Origin: Abditibacteriota bacterium
GTDB lineage: Bacteria; Armatimonadota; UBA5829
Length of the DNA stretch: 64,000 bases
NCBI GenBank assembly: GCA_017445025.1
Contig: JAFSVJ010000009.1
Span: forward strand, 1,536 to 65,535
Reading direction: 5' to 3'
Shown here: positions 38,295-48,936 of the stretch, in pieces
How the letters are laid out: the number at the start of each line of letters is the position of its first letter
Position numbering within the stretch: position 1 is the first letter of the stretch
Made by a program: the position numbers and the translations under genes
Notes under the pieces: generated by a model
Databases searched by the model: none
What the model saw: only the letters and a program-made list of their open reading frames with translations
What the model was told of the DNA's origin: nothing

Positions 38295-38834
38295 CTACAA
38301 TAAACTCTTAACACACTCTTCCACAAGGCTCATATCTGCTGTAGGTTCAAAACGTGCTACCACATTTCCTTCTCTATCTACAACAAACTTTGTAAAATTC
38401 CACTTGATTTTGTTGTTGTTTTCGTAATCCGGATCAATTTTCTTTATGTAATCTCTCATAAAGTCAGCCATTTCACCTTCACCAAAACCTTCAAAGCCCT
38501 TTTTACTCTTGAGGAAAGTATACAAAGGAAGTTCTCCCTCACCGTTTACATCTGATTTCTTCATTTGAGGAAAAGTTGTATTGTAATGAACGGTGCAAAA
38601 CTCATGAATTTCATCATCTGTGCCGGGAGCCTGTCCTCCGAACTGATTGCAAGGTATATCCAATATACATAATCCCTTGTCGTGATATTTTTTATACATC
38701 TCTTCAATGGGAGCATATTGAGGAGTAAAACCACAACCTGTGGCTGTATTTACTATCAAAATAACCTTGCCCTTACATTCTGACAAGTTAAAATCCTTGC
38801 CCTCTCTTGTCTTAATGGTGTAATCGTAGATCAT
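38295..38834 (-). CDS. Glutathione peroxidase family protein (Cys-type)
   Basis: VNTATGCGFT, CNQFGGQAP and KWNFTKFVVD are conserved GPx blocks. Confidence 0.88.
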   Translation of the reverse strand: MIYDYTIKTREGKDFNLSECKGKVILIVNTATGCGFTPQYAPIEEMYKKYHDKGLCILDIPCNQFGGQAPGTDDEIHEFCTVHYNTTFPQMKKSDVNGEGELPLYTFLKSKKGFEGFGEGEMADFMRDYIKKIDPDYENNNKIKWNFTKFVVDREGNVVARFEPTADMSLVEECVKSLL

Positions 38835-38844
38835 ATTTATCTCC

Positions 38845-39270
38845 TTAATATTTTATTTTTTCTATATTTATCAATTCCTTTTTAATGTTAAGCCCGGAGC
38901 TGTAACCACCAATAGAATTAAACCCAACAACTCTGTGACAGGGGACTATTATGGGAATGGGATTCTTACCGCAAGCATTTCCTACAGCTCTCACAGCTTT
39001 TGAATTTTTTTTTTCAGCCAACTGCTTGTAAGTCAAAGTCTTTCCGTAAGGAATATTCATCATTTCTTTCCAAACTGACATTTGAAAATCTGTTCCCTTT
39101 AAATATAAAGGCAAATCAAATTCAAACAGTTGCCCGGCTAAATAAGCTTCCAATTGACTGTATGCCTTCATTAGCAACATACTATAATATTTATAAGTAT
39201 TTTTCTCAAAATACAAATTTGTTATTTTATTATTCTGTTCCTCTATCAGAATATTGTCAACTGTCAGCAT
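38845..39270 (-). CDS. ogt: Methylated-DNA-protein-cysteine methyltransferase
   Basis: VWKEMMNIPYGKTLTYKQLA...IIVPCHRVVG contains the PCHRV active site. Confidence 0.85.
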   Translation of the reverse strand: MLTVDNILIEEQNNKITNLYFEKNTYKYYSMLLMKAYSQLEAYLAGQLFEFDLPLYLKGTDFQMSVWKEMMNIPYGKTLTYKQLAEKKNSKAVRAVGNACGKNPIPIIVPCHRVVGFNSIGGYSSGLNIKKELINIEKIKY

Positions 39271-39274
39271 AATT

Positions 39275-40111
39275 CTATTTTTTTAAAACTATTCTATATA
39301 TTTGCGGAAGAGCTTTAAATCTTATTCTAAAAACGCTGGTACCCAAACCATTAGAAATAACCGTCCAAAAGTTTTCTATTTTCTTATTAATAACTTTCCC
39401 CAACTTCTCTCCGTTCCACAGACCCAAATTAAAGAATTTATGCCTGTTCATGTGAGTATAAACCGTAAAAAAGGGGAGTTTCACCTGGCCCCCGTGAGTG
39501 TGTCCAGCCAACACAAGATTTACCTTATAATCCACAGCTTCCACTCCCATTGAAGGACAATGAGACAACAGAATTTTAAAAGAATTTTCATCTACACCCT
39601 TGAAAGCCTTGGGCAAATCTTCCAAAAAATTAATAGGGTCATCTACACCAATAACAGAAATATATTCACCTTCTCTTTCAATTCTTGTAGATTCATTTCG
39701 CAAAACCACATATCCGAAACCCTTATATATTTCACAAAGTTTTTCCGGGTTGTTGTGAATTTTATACTCTGTGTTTCCTAAAACAACATAAGTATCACCC
39801 TTTATTTTGGAATAAGACAGAAGGCGGGGAATGTTTCCCGTAGCTTTTTCATTGTAAGCCAAATCTCCCGTTATAACACAAATATCACACTCTTTAACTA
39901 AAGATAACTTTTCACTTAGACATTTCTCAAAACAGCCCCATTTGGAAGTGTGTATATCGGAAAGAAACAATATACTGAAACCTTCAAAAGCTTTTGGAAG
40001 ATTTTCAAATTTTAATTCCAAATTCTTAATCTCTATGCAATAAGGCTCAACAAACAACCACACCCCAAATATCAAACATAAAATAGCCAAAACACAAATA
40101 AATATTATCAT
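39275..40111 (-). CDS. Membrane-anchored metallophosphoesterase (calcineurin-like)
   Basis: N-terminal TM segment. Motifs SDIHTS, ITGDLAYN, GNTEY and AGHTHGGQ. Confidence 0.8.
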   Translation of the reverse strand: MIIFICVLAILCLIFGVWLFVEPYCIEIKNLELKFENLPKAFEGFSILFLSDIHTSKWGCFEKCLSEKLSLVKECDICVITGDLAYNEKATGNIPRLLSYSKIKGDTYVVLGNTEYKIHNNPEKLCEIYKGFGYVVLRNESTRIEREGEYISVIGVDDPINFLEDLPKAFKGVDENSFKILLSHCPSMGVEAVDYKVNLVLAGHTHGGQVKLPFFTVYTHMNRHKFFNLGLWNGEKLGKVINKKIENFWTVISNGLGTSVFRIRFKALPQIYRIVLKK

Positions 40112-40116
40112 AAATA

Positions 40117-42285
40117 TTACCTTTTAATGCTATAATCACAATCTTTATTTGTGCATTTTAATTCGTGAATAGCTTTGGTTTTTCTGTCCCCTAAGGGATA
40201 TCCGCATTTGGGACATTTCTTATCCGTAGGTTCATACCAAGTGGCAAACTTACAGTCCGGATAATTGGAACAACCGTAAAAAGTGCCTTTTTTGGCTCTT
40301 CTGATTCCTATAACACCGTCGCAGATAGGGCATTTTCCGTAATCTTTCTTTTTCTCTTGTTGAATATATTTACAATTAGGATAATTGGAACAACCTATAA
40401 ATGTTCCATATTTTCCGTTTTTCTCCACCAAGGGACTGCCACACTCGGGACAGGTTCCTTCCACCACTTTAGGCTTTGGCCTCTCATCATAAGAATAATT
40501 ACAATCGGGATAATTACTGCAAGATTTGAATTTACCGTATTTACCGTGACGCAGGAGCAAAGTTCCCCCACATTTTGGGCATTTTTCCGAAAGCTCCACA
40601 GGCTTTTCCATTTCCACCTCGGCGTTCTTTATCTCTTTACAAAAACCGGGATAAAAATCGGATAGCATTTTCTCTTTTGTCAAGTTTCCGTCTGCTATAT
40701 CGTCCAACTGTTCTTCCAAAATAGAGGTAAATTTTACATCCATAATGGATTTTACATACTCACTTAAACCTTCGCAGACTTCCATACCCAATTCCGTAGG
40801 ATGAAGTTTACCGTCGTTTTTATCCTTAACCACATATTTTCTCTGTTTAAGAGTTTTAGGATATGTGGAAATGGTAGAAGGTCTACCGATTTTTTCTTCG
40901 TCAAGCTTGGCAGCAAGAGATCTTTCGTCATAACGGGCCGGAGGCTTGGTCTGTTTCTTTTCACATTTTAGTTCTATAAGATTTAACTTATCTCCCACTG
41001 AAAGCTTTGGCAATTCCACTCTGTTATTTTCTCTTATAATCTTTGACGCACCGTCAAAAACAGTGACTGAACCGAGTGCCTTAAAATCACATTTGTTGGC
41101 ACCTATAATGGCTGTGGTCAAATTATATTTTTCCGGAGCCATCATTGCTCCCATAAACTGTTTCCAAATGGTAACATAAAGCTTCTTCTCATCCGGTGAC
41201 AGAGATTTTAGAGCTTCACTTGTGGGAGTTTTGTTAATATCTGTAGGCATTATAGCTACATGACCGTCTTGAACACCCTTTTCCTTTCCAGGTTGAATAT
41301 AAAAGGATGTATATTCACTGCCATAATTAGCTTCAATGAAAGCTTTGGCTTCCGCTAATTTATCCTCAGGCACACGAGTTGAGTCCGTTCTGTGATAGGT
41401 TATAAGGTTCTTATCCTTTAATTTTTGAGCTATTGACATGGTTTTATCCGGGTCCCAAGGCATAGCTTTTTGCATGGTGGTAGCCTTAAAAGGACGAATT
41501 TTAGAAGCGGTTTTTAGCTCAGTTTTAATATCTTTAATTATGTAATCAGCTCTGTTTAAGTCGGAATTTATACTGTTAAAAAGAGCTTCATCCTTTACAT
41601 CCCTTTCACCAAGTTTTTTACCATCAAAACCTACAAGCTTGGCATTAAAAACTTTTGAAGATACAACTTCTTGCAAATCAACGGAAATATCATAAAAATC
41701 TTCAGGAACAAAGTTCATTATTTCCTTTTCTCTTTCACAAACAAGCAAAAGAGCCACAGACTGAATTCGTCCTCCGCTTAAAGAATGAATACAGAATTTC
41801 TTTTGAATAAGAGGGCTTAAATCATATCCCACCAACTTGTCCAAAACAGCTCGTCCCACTTGGCTTTCAACCAAGTTTTCGTTTATCAAACCCGCATTAT
41901 CATAGGCAGCCTTAACAGTTTTGTAGGTATATTCATAACAAGGCATTCTCTTATATTTCTTTAAACCCAAAACTTCTTTTAAATGCCAAGCAATGGCCTC
42001 ACCCTCACGGTCCTGGTCCGTAACAAGGTAAACCATATCCGCTCCTTCAATATCTTTTTTTAGAATATTCACAGTTTTGGGATCTTTAATTACATAATCC
42101 GGAGCATAAGTATTTAAGTTAATTCCATAATCTTTTTCTTTCCTGTATGTATTTCCTTCTCTAATCTCTCTGATGTGTCCTTTACAAACAGAGGTCTTAT
42201 ATTCACCTTTCTTTAAAAATTTAGCCAAACAAGGAATAAGTTCATTGGCATCTGTTTGGGACTCTACTATAAAAACTTCTTTCAT
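40117..42285 (-). CDS. topA: DNA topoisomerase I
   Basis: N-terminal Toprim (FIVES...), LVTDQDREGEAIAWHL, and C-terminal tandem C4 zinc ribbons (CPKCGG...C..YPDC, repeated three times). Confidence 0.85.
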   Translation of the reverse strand: MKEVFIVESQTDANELIPCLAKFLKKGEYKTSVCKGHIREIREGNTYRKEKDYGINLNTYAPDYVIKDPKTVNILKKDIEGADMVYLVTDQDREGEAIAWHLKEVLGLKKYKRMPCYEYTYKTVKAAYDNAGLINENLVESQVGRAVLDKLVGYDLSPLIQKKFCIHSLSGGRIQSVALLLVCEREKEIMNFVPEDFYDISVDLQEVVSSKVFNAKLVGFDGKKLGERDVKDEALFNSINSDLNRADYIIKDIKTELKTASKIRPFKATTMQKAMPWDPDKTMSIAQKLKDKNLITYHRTDSTRVPEDKLAEAKAFIEANYGSEYTSFYIQPGKEKGVQDGHVAIMPTDINKTPTSEALKSLSPDEKKLYVTIWKQFMGAMMAPEKYNLTTAIIGANKCDFKALGSVTVFDGASKIIRENNRVELPKLSVGDKLNLIELKCEKKQTKPPARYDERSLAAKLDEEKIGRPSTISTYPKTLKQRKYVVKDKNDGKLHPTELGMEVCEGLSEYVKSIMDVKFTSILEEQLDDIADGNLTKEKMLSDFYPGFCKEIKNAEVEMEKPVELSEKCPKCGGTLLLRHGKYGKFKSCSNYPDCNYSYDERPKPKVVEGTCPECGSPLVEKNGKYGTFIGCSNYPNCKYIQQEKKKDYGKCPICDGVIGIRRAKKGTFYGCSNYPDCKFATWYEPTDKKCPKCGYPLGDRKTKAIHELKCTNKDCDYSIKR

Positions 42286-42446
42286 TCATATCCTCATAAT
42301 CTTAGAACATTTACACAAAACTTTTTAATCTTTTCTATTATTTATAATACCACAAAATCACCAATCTTGTCAAGAGTTATGATAAAAACATAATTGATTT
42401 TAACGCAAAAACCAATTAATCCAATATCTTATCTTTATAAAATCTA

Positions 42447-43013
42447 TCATCTGTATTCGCAATCTGCTAAATGGTCGTTTACAATTCCTATTGCTTGCAA
42501 AAAAGAATAAGTTATTACAGGTCCCACAAAACTAATTCCTCTCTTTTTCATATCTTTACAAAGCCTTTCGGACAAATCCGATTGTGTAGGAATCATCTCA
42601 GGTTTTCTCCATTTTCCGTCAATTTGTTTTCCGTCAGAAAAACCCCATAAATAGACATCAAAAGAACCAAATTCCTTTTGTATATCTTTCACAACCAAAG
42701 CATTGCTCCTAACACTGTATATTTTACTGCGATTTCGTATAAGAGATGTGTCAAAAAGCAATTCGTTAAGCTCCTCATCCGACATTTTTGCGCATAAATC
42801 TATATCAAATCCGTGAAAAGCCTTACGATAGGATTCCCTTTTATTAATTATAGTTTTCCAAGACAGGCCTACACTTGCTCCTTCAAGACACAACATTTCA
42901 AATTGATAATTGTCATTATGATTTATCTTACACCATTCAAGGTCATGATACTTCTCTAATAAAGGGTCACCCTCCGCCCAGTTGCGACAAATACTATCAC
43001 TCATTTTCTTCAT
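42447..43013 (-). CDS. tag: DNA-3-methyladenine glycosylase I
   Basis: YHDLEWCKI...FEMLCLEGASVGLSWKTIINKRESYRKAFHGFD corresponds to the Tag HhH/zinc signature. Confidence 0.88.
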   Translation of the reverse strand: MKKMSDSICRNWAEGDPLLEKYHDLEWCKINHNDNYQFEMLCLEGASVGLSWKTIINKRESYRKAFHGFDIDLCAKMSDEELNELLFDTSLIRNRSKIYSVRSNALVVKDIQKEFGSFDVYLWGFSDGKQIDGKWRKPEMIPTQSDLSERLCKDMKKRGISFVGPVITYSFLQAIGIVNDHLADCEYR

Positions 43014-43084
43014 TCTCTTTATAACTATATTCTATTTTTATTATACCATATAACAAATAAAATTACAAATATAAACTTTGCTTT

Positions 43085-43195
43085 CTGCTTTTGATAAAGG
43101 GAACGGTAAATGTGTCCCCTATTTCCGAAGGAAATGAGGGGTGGCATTTGCCGAAGCAAATGACGGGGGAAATAAGTGGTTTTCAAAGAAAATCA
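43085..43195. repeat. Partial copy of the mosaic repeat family (modules gggaacggtaaatgtg / gcaaatgacggggg); two GNRA-type hairpins
   Basis: Reverse complement of 57440-57480 (ggggaacggtaatgtgg). Shares gcaaa(a/t)gacgggggaa with 7640-7660. Confidence 0.55.
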
Positions 43196-43328
43196 CATTT
43201 TGTGTAGCAAAATAATTATTTATACAATTAAAGATAAGTCTATTTTTAATATTAATTATCTTTAAAGTTGCAAAAAATAAAAAAAATGTGTATAATAATA
43301 TTGTATATATTTGTCAAAAGGAGAGTAA

Positions 43329-44465
43329 TTGGCAATTATGAAAAAACTTTTAGCTGTCTTTATGCTGATATTAATTGCAAGTATTTGTCTTGCCTATACC
43401 ATCGGTTATGAAGATGTTTTGCAAATTAAGTCTGTTTCCGTTCCTGAAATCAACGGAGAGTATATAGTTTCTCCTGACGGTTTTATTTCTGTTCCTTATG
43501 CAGGACGTCTTCAAGTCTACGGAAAAACTGAAGCACAAGTTATAAAAGACCTACAAGATATGCTTTCAGACAGAATTAAATATCCGGAGGTATATGTAAA
43601 CCTAACCAAAACTACCCACGAAGTAGTATTTGTGACAGGTTTTATCAAAAATGCAGGATCTGTAGTTATTAATAACGATACAACTCTTGCCACCATTGTT
43701 GCGGAAAGAGGAGATATTCCTGTTGCCGACAAAACTTCCATTATAGGTAATATTTACATTTCCATAAAAAGCATTGACGGTGCAAAAAAGGAACTTCGTT
43801 ACGAAGACATTATGGATGTTGATTATACTCCTCGAAACGGAGATATAATTAACTTTGAAATTAAGGATAAAGTTAATGTAAATGTAGTAGGAAAAGTAAA
43901 CATTCCCGGAAAATATATCCTTTCTTTGGATAACAATTCAATTATGAGTGCCATAGTTTTAGCAGGTGGCTTTACCTCTGATGCAGATTACTCTCAAGTC
44001 ACTCTCTATAACGCTGACGGGAAAGGACAAACCATAGATCTTTCCGACTTTATTAACGGAACAGCGGATGTGACTTTGGCAAAAGTGACAGACAACTCAA
44101 CCATTGTAGTTCCCGAACTCATTTCCGGTGTGACTGTATTGGGATGGGTTAACAAACAAGGAAAACAAACCTATCGTCCCGACCAAACCATTTACCTTTC
44201 TGATGTAATAGCCGAAGCCGGTGGCGGAGTGCGAAACAAAGCAAGATTTAAAGAAGTATATGTTTTAAGAAATGTAAACGGTGAATTAACCAAAACCGCC
44301 TACAACTTCAACGATTACAAAAACAAGGGCGACATAACCGGCAACCCCATTATCAAAAACGGTGATGTAATTTATATGCCTTGCACACTTGAAATCGATT
44401 GGGCCACTGTTATTTCTTCACTCAGAGGTCTTATTGGCGTAGGCAAAGATATTGATAGTTTTTAA
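43329..44465 (+). CDS. Polysaccharide export protein (Wza/KpsD-like; Poly_export plus SLBB domains)
   Basis: Signal peptide, then SPDGFISVPYAGRLQVYGKTEAQVIKDLQD, the Poly_export motif. Repeated beta-grasp SLBB-like segments. Confidence 0.75.
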   Translation: MAIMKKLLAVFMLILIASICLAYTIGYEDVLQIKSVSVPEINGEYIVSPDGFISVPYAGRLQVYGKTEAQVIKDLQDMLSDRIKYPEVYVNLTKTTHEVVFVTGFIKNAGSVVINNDTTLATIVAERGDIPVADKTSIIGNIYISIKSIDGAKKELRYEDIMDVDYTPRNGDIINFEIKDKVNVNVVGKVNIPGKYILSLDNNSIMSAIVLAGGFTSDADYSQVTLYNADGKGQTIDLSDFINGTADVTLAKVTDNSTIVVPELISGVTVLGWVNKQGKQTYRPDQTIYLSDVIAEAGGGVRNKARFKEVYVLRNVNGELTKTAYNFNDYKNKGDITGNPIIKNGDVIYMPCTLEIDWATVISSLRGLIGVGKDIDSF

Positions 44466-44478
44466 GGAGAAGGATTAA

Positions 44479-46653
44479 ATGGCTGACGAATATAAGGATA
44501 CAAATTCTCCGGAAGTTATAAATAAAGAAGAAGAATTTTCTATTGAAGATTATCTGTTTATAATAAACAGAAGAAAATGGGTAGTTATAATTATATGTTT
44601 GGTTATTCTTGTTTTGGGAATGCTCTATACAAACAGCAAAACGAGAATATATGCTTCCGCATGTGAAATTTATACCAACCGAGATAAAAACCAAAACGTA
44701 TACGGTCAAGACCAACTTATGGCTATTGCAAATATAGCCAACATGTCTTCCAACTCCACAGAAATGATAACCAAGCTTATCTGTAACCCAGACAATATGG
44801 AAGAAGCTTTCAATTTGTTAAGCAACGAAAACAAACAAAATGGTTTTGACGGAAAAATGCCCACAACCGGAGTTGTGGTAAACGAAGTAGAAAAAGGTGG
44901 TAGAATCTTTAATGTTATAGTAAACTCAAAAGACCCAACAGCCTCTGCCAACCTTGCCAATAATCTTGCCCTGTTATACTTCGAAAAAGAAGCTAAAAAC
45001 TTTAACGATTATTCCAACATAGCTCAGGTTCAAATCAAAGAAGAAATTGATAAAATCTTGGTTCAAATCGATGAAGTACGAGACAAAATTGTTGGTTTAA
45101 AACAACAAACCGGAATATATTCTATTGATAATGATGTCAGAGCACAAGTTTCCAACAAATATAACATTGAAAACCAAATCAACCAAGCAGAAGTTGACCT
45201 TGCATCTCTTCAAAGTCAATATGACGAAGCTCTCCGAGCTTATAACAATACTCCCAAAAACCTTGTCACAGAATCACAACAATCAGTATCTTCCGTTAGA
45301 GATATTAACAAAAGACTTGACGAGTTAACCACAGAAAGAAATGAATTATTACTGAAATTTACTCCCAATTCAAGAGAAGTTAAAGATGTTGATGATAAAA
45401 TAGCCTTTGAAAAGAGTAAAATGCAAGACGCAGAAGCTGACAAAGGTTATGTAGAAAAAACTCACAGCATCACATATAACAGAGATCCCTTACAAAGATT
45501 ACAATCCAGAATGGATGATCTTAGAATCCAAATACAAGGTAAGAAAACAAGTATTGCAAGACTTAATGCATTGCTCGCAAAAACAAACCAAAATTTGAAG
45601 GTTGTTCCCGCAAACGAAAACGAACTTGCAAAAGTTATGGAACAATACCAACTCCTTAAAGATAACTTGGCTCTGTTGCAGTCCAACTACTACAGACTTG
45701 TATTTAACTCTCAAAGTGATTACAACATAGGTAGAATTATTTCAAAAGCTATTCCCCACTCCACTCCCGTATCTCCAAACCTTCCAAAGTCTTTTGTTAT
45801 ATATCTTATAGCCGGTTTAATCTTAGGTGGTTTTGCCGCTCTCTTAACTGATAACCTTGATAATATTGTCTACGACGACAGCAGTATGAAGAAAATTACC
45901 ACCTTGCCCTGTCTGTCAAAAATACCTCTCATTAACACAAACTCCACAGACAGACTTCAAATCGGTAAGTTAACAGGTCACTCCAACTTCTTGGAAGCTT
46001 TCAGAATTTTCAGAAACAACATCATGCTTACTGAAATTATGTCAGAAACCCAAGGTATTGATAAGAACAAATCCTTCGCTATAACCGGTCCTGACGTAAA
46101 ACAAGGAAAGTCCACCACAGCCGCCAACTTAGCCATCGCCATGGCTCTTGACGGAAACGAAGTTCTGTTGGTCGACGCTGACTTGCGTAAGCCTAACGTT
46201 GCTAAATTCTTTAATGTTCCTAACGATGTTGGATATACAACTCTTGTTAAAGGAACCACAACTTTGGAAGAAGCTATCAAGCCTTCCGGTGTTGAACACT
46301 TAGACCTTTTGACATCCGGTCCTCTTCCTCCAAACCCCACTGAGTTCCTTAACTCCGAAGAGAACAGAAATATGGTAACAAAATTACAAAACGCCTATGA
46401 TATTGTAATATTTGATACATCCCCCTGTTCCTTCATTTCCGATGCCCAGATTGTTACCACTTTCGTTGATGCTGTAGTTTTGGTTATAACAGTTAAGACT
46501 ACAAGAATACCTATTGTTAAAACCGCCATTGAACAGCTTAACTTGGTTAAGGCTCCGATTATCGGCTATGTATTGAACAAAGTTCAAAGCAACCAGAAGC
46601 GTAGAGGCTACTACTACAACTATTACTACTATGCTTCCGACGATAAAGAATAA
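44479..46653 (+). CDS. Polysaccharide co-polymerase / BY-tyrosine kinase (Wzc/EpsB-like)
   Basis: N-terminal TM plus coiled-coil. Walker A ITGPDVKQGKSTTAANLA, Walker A' VLLVDADLRKP. C-terminal Tyr cluster RRGYYYNYYYYA. Confidence 0.85.
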   Translation: MADEYKDTNSPEVINKEEEFSIEDYLFIINRRKWVVIIICLVILVLGMLYTNSKTRIYASACEIYTNRDKNQNVYGQDQLMAIANIANMSSNSTEMITKLICNPDNMEEAFNLLSNENKQNGFDGKMPTTGVVVNEVEKGGRIFNVIVNSKDPTASANLANNLALLYFEKEAKNFNDYSNIAQVQIKEEIDKILVQIDEVRDKIVGLKQQTGIYSIDNDVRAQVSNKYNIENQINQAEVDLASLQSQYDEALRAYNNTPKNLVTESQQSVSSVRDINKRLDELTTERNELLLKFTPNSREVKDVDDKIAFEKSKMQDAEADKGYVEKTHSITYNRDPLQRLQSRMDDLRIQIQGKKTSIARLNALLAKTNQNLKVVPANENELAKVMEQYQLLKDNLALLQSNYYRLVFNSQSDYNIGRIISKAIPHSTPVSPNLPKSFVIYLIAGLILGGFAALLTDNLDNIVYDDSSMKKITTLPCLSKIPLINTNSTDRLQIGKLTGHSNFLEAFRIFRNNIMLTEIMSETQGIDKNKSFAITGPDVKQGKSTTAANLAIAMALDGNEVLLVDADLRKPNVAKFFNVPNDVGYTTLVKGTTTLEEAIKPSGVEHLDLLTSGPLPPNPTEFLNSEENRNMVTKLQNAYDIVIFDTSPCSFISDAQIVTTFVDAVVLVITVKTTRIPIVKTAIEQLNLVKAPIIGYVLNKVQSNQKRRGYYYNYYYYASDDKE

Positions 46654-46662
46654 AAAAACCTT

Positions 46663-46688
46663 GACGGCTTTTACAGCCGTCATTTTTT
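46663..46688 (+). terminator. Hairpin plus T-run between the kinase and phosphatase genes (partial terminator or attenuator)
   Basis: gacggct-tttac-agccgtc followed by attttttaa. Confidence 0.4.
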
Positions 46689-46696
46689 AAGAAACT

Positions 46697-47485
46697 ATGA
46701 TTGACATACACTCCCACGTATTATTTGACGTTGACGACGGATGTTTTCACATTGAAACATCCATAGAAACAATAAAAGAAGAGGCCCAAGGAGGGGTGAC
46801 TGATATAATTTGCACTCCCCACGTTGATTCAGAAGATGTAGACATAGAAAAGCATCGTAATCATTTTAATCAGTTAAAAGAGAGATTAAAGGAAGAGAAT
46901 ATAAATGTCAACATTCACACAGGTGCCGAGATAGGTCCTAATTTTAATCCCTCTATATTATGGAACAGAGGAATAAACCTATCTGTAGACGGTCTTAACA
47001 AATACGCTCTTATAGGTCCATTTTTTACAGATAAATACTATGAAACATCTTTTCAAACTGTTTTATACGACCTGCAAATGCTTAAGATCATACCCATCAT
47101 TGCCCACCCGGAGAGAATGAGCTATTTCCAAGACAATCCGGAGCTGCTTACGAACTTCTTAAACCAAGGTTGTCTTTTGCAGGTGAATGCTCAAAGCCTT
47201 TTAGGACTTTATGATGAAAAATGTGAAACATTTTCCAACAGACTTTTAGAACTTAATTATATTAGTTTTGTTGCTTCAGATAAACACAGAAAATACGGGT
47301 TTTCCTTAATGGAAAAGGCATATAACCACATAAAAGAAAATTATGGTGAAGCCTTAGCCAACAAACTTTGTTATGAAAACCCCAAAAAGATCCTTGACAG
47401 TGTTCCTATGGTCAATTATGATTACAAAACCTGGACAGAACCTCCAAAACCAAAAAAATCTTTTTGGTCATTTCTAAAAAAATAA
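46697..47485 (+). CDS. PHP-family protein-tyrosine phosphatase (CpsB/YwqE-like)
   Basis: MIDIHSHVLFDVDDG and ...TPHV... are the HxH...DDG signature of CpsB-type Mn-dependent tyrosine phosphatases. Confidence 0.85.
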   Translation: MIDIHSHVLFDVDDGCFHIETSIETIKEEAQGGVTDIICTPHVDSEDVDIEKHRNHFNQLKERLKEENINVNIHTGAEIGPNFNPSILWNRGINLSVDGLNKYALIGPFFTDKYYETSFQTVLYDLQMLKIIPIIAHPERMSYFQDNPELLTNFLNQGCLLQVNAQSLLGLYDEKCETFSNRLLELNYISFVASDKHRKYGFSLMEKAYNHIKENYGEALANKLCYENPKKILDSVPMVNYDYKTWTEPPKPKKSFWSFLKK

Positions 47486-47513
47486 AATTATTTTCAATTT
47501 TTGGTTTTTAAAA

Positions 47514-47542
47514 TTGCATTTTTAACAAAAATGTAGTATAAT
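47514..47542 (+). promoter_or_regulatory. Sigma70 promoter TTGCAT-17-TATAAT for the infC-rpmI-rplT operon
   Basis: ttgcat (47514-47519), a 17-nt spacer, tataat (47537-47542). Confidence 0.6.
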
Positions 47543-47667
47543 ATATAGTGTGTGTAACTATTTTGCATTGCTATTAGCCCCCGCTTTGAGCAATAATATA
47601 TATTATTATTCCCCTTTTAATATATGTTTTAGCAATTAGTTATATAATATAAATTAATTTATACGGA

Positions 47668-48198
47668 GTGTCCATACTGAAAGAGAAACAACTTTTTATC
47701 AACGAACGCATTAGAGCCAAAGAAGTTCGTTTAATCGGTGTTGATTCAGAGCAACTTGGTATTGTTTCTATTCAGGAAGCCCTAAAGTATGCTTCTAACG
47801 TGGGGCTTGACTTAATAGAAGTCTCTCCTCAAGCCAATCCTCCGGTTTGTAAAGTCATGGATTATGGCAAATACAAATACGAGCAAGGCAAAAGGGAAAG
47901 AGATGCTGCCAAAAAGCAAAAACAAGTTGAAATCAAAACCATTAGAATGCGTCCCGCTACCGACGATCACGACTTTAACTTCAAAACCAACAATGCCATT
48001 AAGTTTTTAAAACAGGGCAACAAAGTTAAAGTTCAAATTATGTTCAAAAGTAGGGAAATTACTCACCCCGAAATTGCCAAACAGAATATGGATAAAATAG
48101 CTGCCAAAATAGCTAATGAAGGTTGTGGAAAAGTGGAGAAAGGCCCCATTATTGAGGGTAAATCCATGAATATGATGTTGGCACCTGTAGAAAATTAG
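47668..48198 (+). CDS. infC: Translation initiation factor IF-3 (start codon uncertain)
   Basis: INERIRAKEVRLIGVDSEQLGIV...LIEVSPQANPPVCKVMDYGKYKYE is the canonical IF-3 N- and C-terminal domain pair. Confidence 0.9.
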   Translation: MSILKEKQLFINERIRAKEVRLIGVDSEQLGIVSIQEALKYASNVGLDLIEVSPQANPPVCKVMDYGKYKYEQGKRERDAAKKQKQVEIKTIRMRPATDDHDFNFKTNNAIKFLKQGNKVKVQIMFKSREITHPEIAKQNMDKIAAKIANEGCGKVEKGPIIEGKSMNMMLAPVEN

Positions 48199-48218
48199 TT
48201 TTTTACCGGAGGAAAACA

Positions 48219-48419
48219 TTGCCTAAACTAAAAACATGTAAAACTGCTGCCAAAAGATTTTCTAAATCCGGCACAGGTAAAATCATGAGAAACACAACCG
48301 GTATGAACCACCTTAAAATGAAAAAAACCAAGAGTGCATTAAGAAGATTAACTTTGAAAGGCACAGTATCAAAAGGTTTTGCTAAGGTAATCAAGAAACA
48401 AGTACCGGGTCTTAACTAA
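48219..48419 (+). CDS. rpmI: 50S ribosomal protein L35
   Basis: MPKLKTCKTAAKRFSKSGTGKIMR... Confidence 0.93.
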   Translation: MPKLKTCKTAAKRFSKSGTGKIMRNTTGMNHLKMKKTKSALRRLTLKGTVSKGFAKVIKKQVPGLN

Positions 48420-48487
48420 TTACACCCACCGCAAAGAGTCTATAGGATTTCGATGCTGGTAAATCTAAGGAAAAAGAGGTAAACTAT

Positions 48488-48841
48488 ATGCCACGCGTTA
48501 AGCGAGGAATGATGACCCATAAACGTCATCACAAAATTATCAAATTAGCTTCCGGATACTGGGGCGGAAAACACAGATTATTCAAGACAGCTAAAGAAGC
48601 TGTTATGAAGAGTGGAAACTACGCTTTCAGAGACCGAAGAAACAAAAAGAGAGAATTTAGAAAATTGTGGATTGCAAGAATCAACATTGCTTGCAGAATG
48701 AACGGTCTTCAATACTCTAAATTTATCAGCGGATTAAAGAAAATCAACTGCGAATTGGACAGAAAGTCCTTAGCTAACTTAGCTGTTAACGACCCTTCAG
48801 TCTTCGCAACTATAGTTGAAAAAGCAAAAGCCGCATTATAA
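48488..48841 (+). CDS. rplT: 50S ribosomal protein L20
   Basis: [51 protein letters not shown]... Confidence 0.93.
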   Translation: MPRVKRGMMTHKRHHKIIKLASGYWGGKHRLFKTAKEAVMKSGNYAFRDRRNKKREFRKLWIARINIACRMNGLQYSKFISGLKKINCELDRKSLANLAVNDPSVFATIVEKAKAAL

Positions 48842-48880
48842 CAAAAATACTATTAACTAAATTATTATATACAGACAACA

Positions 48881-48912
48881 AAAACCCTATGGTAAATTCC
48901 ATAGGGTTTTTT
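48881..48912. terminator. Bidirectional rho-independent terminator between rplT (+) and the VanW-like gene (-)
   Basis: aaaa-ccctatgg-taaatt-ccataggg-tttttt. Confidence 0.65.
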
Positions 48913-48936
48913 AATTATAATACTTTATAGATTTTC

